From Acutalibacteraceae bacterium (GTDB taxonomy: Bacteria > Bacillota > Clostridia > Oscillospirales > Acutalibacteraceae): DNA of 25,915 nt. Below the pieces are notes generated by a model. The model did no database searches and was not told the DNA's origin. It saw only the letters and a program-made list of their open reading frames with translations. The position numbers and the translations under genes were made by a program. Shown here piece after piece: positions 25,913 to 25,915 of this stretch (the first letter of the stretch is position 1; each line of letters starts with the position of its first letter). Location: the NCBI GenBank assembly GCA_045630505.1, contig JAZQTE010000333.1, forward strand, positions 1 through 25,915. Direction: 5' to 3'.

Positions 25913-25915
25913 GTC

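Noticed and set aside
1-25915. CRISPR arrays, tRNA/rRNA genes, IS elements, integrases, defence or toxin genes
   Set aside because: None seen: the window is almost fully coding, with no regularly spaced repeats or matching motifs.

Overview
Clostridia-type (Firmicute) chromosomal window. Most of it is one minus-strand Wzx/Wzy surface-polysaccharide locus of 19 tightly packed genes (about 24030 to 2540). It begins at a perfect TTGACA-N17-TATAAT promoter just after the argS terminator and ends at a bidirectional terminator shared with a DeoR regulator. Gene order: sugar aminotransferase (pneumococcal AATGal type), initiating phosphoglycosyl transferase, atypical PLP-fold protein, ATP-grasp ligase, three GT4, GT2, GT11-like fucosyltransferase, acyltransferase, GT4, Wzy, GT-A transferase, Wzx, cytoplasmic CapA-like metallophosphoesterase, TupA-like ATP-grasp, bifunctional fucokinase/GDP-fucose pyrophosphorylase (Fkp), UDP-glucuronate 4-epimerase and fucose mutarotase. 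The most notable points are a complete L-fucose salvage-to-transfer route with no de novo gmd/fcl genes, two separate ATP-grasp ligase modules, and an amino-sugar plus uronic-acid (zwitterionic-like) signature. At the left end a DeoR regulator is divergent from a GlpA/LhgO-like oxidoreductase and a partial sugar ABC permease. All functional calls come from motif recognition and recalled family knowledge; no database searches were run.
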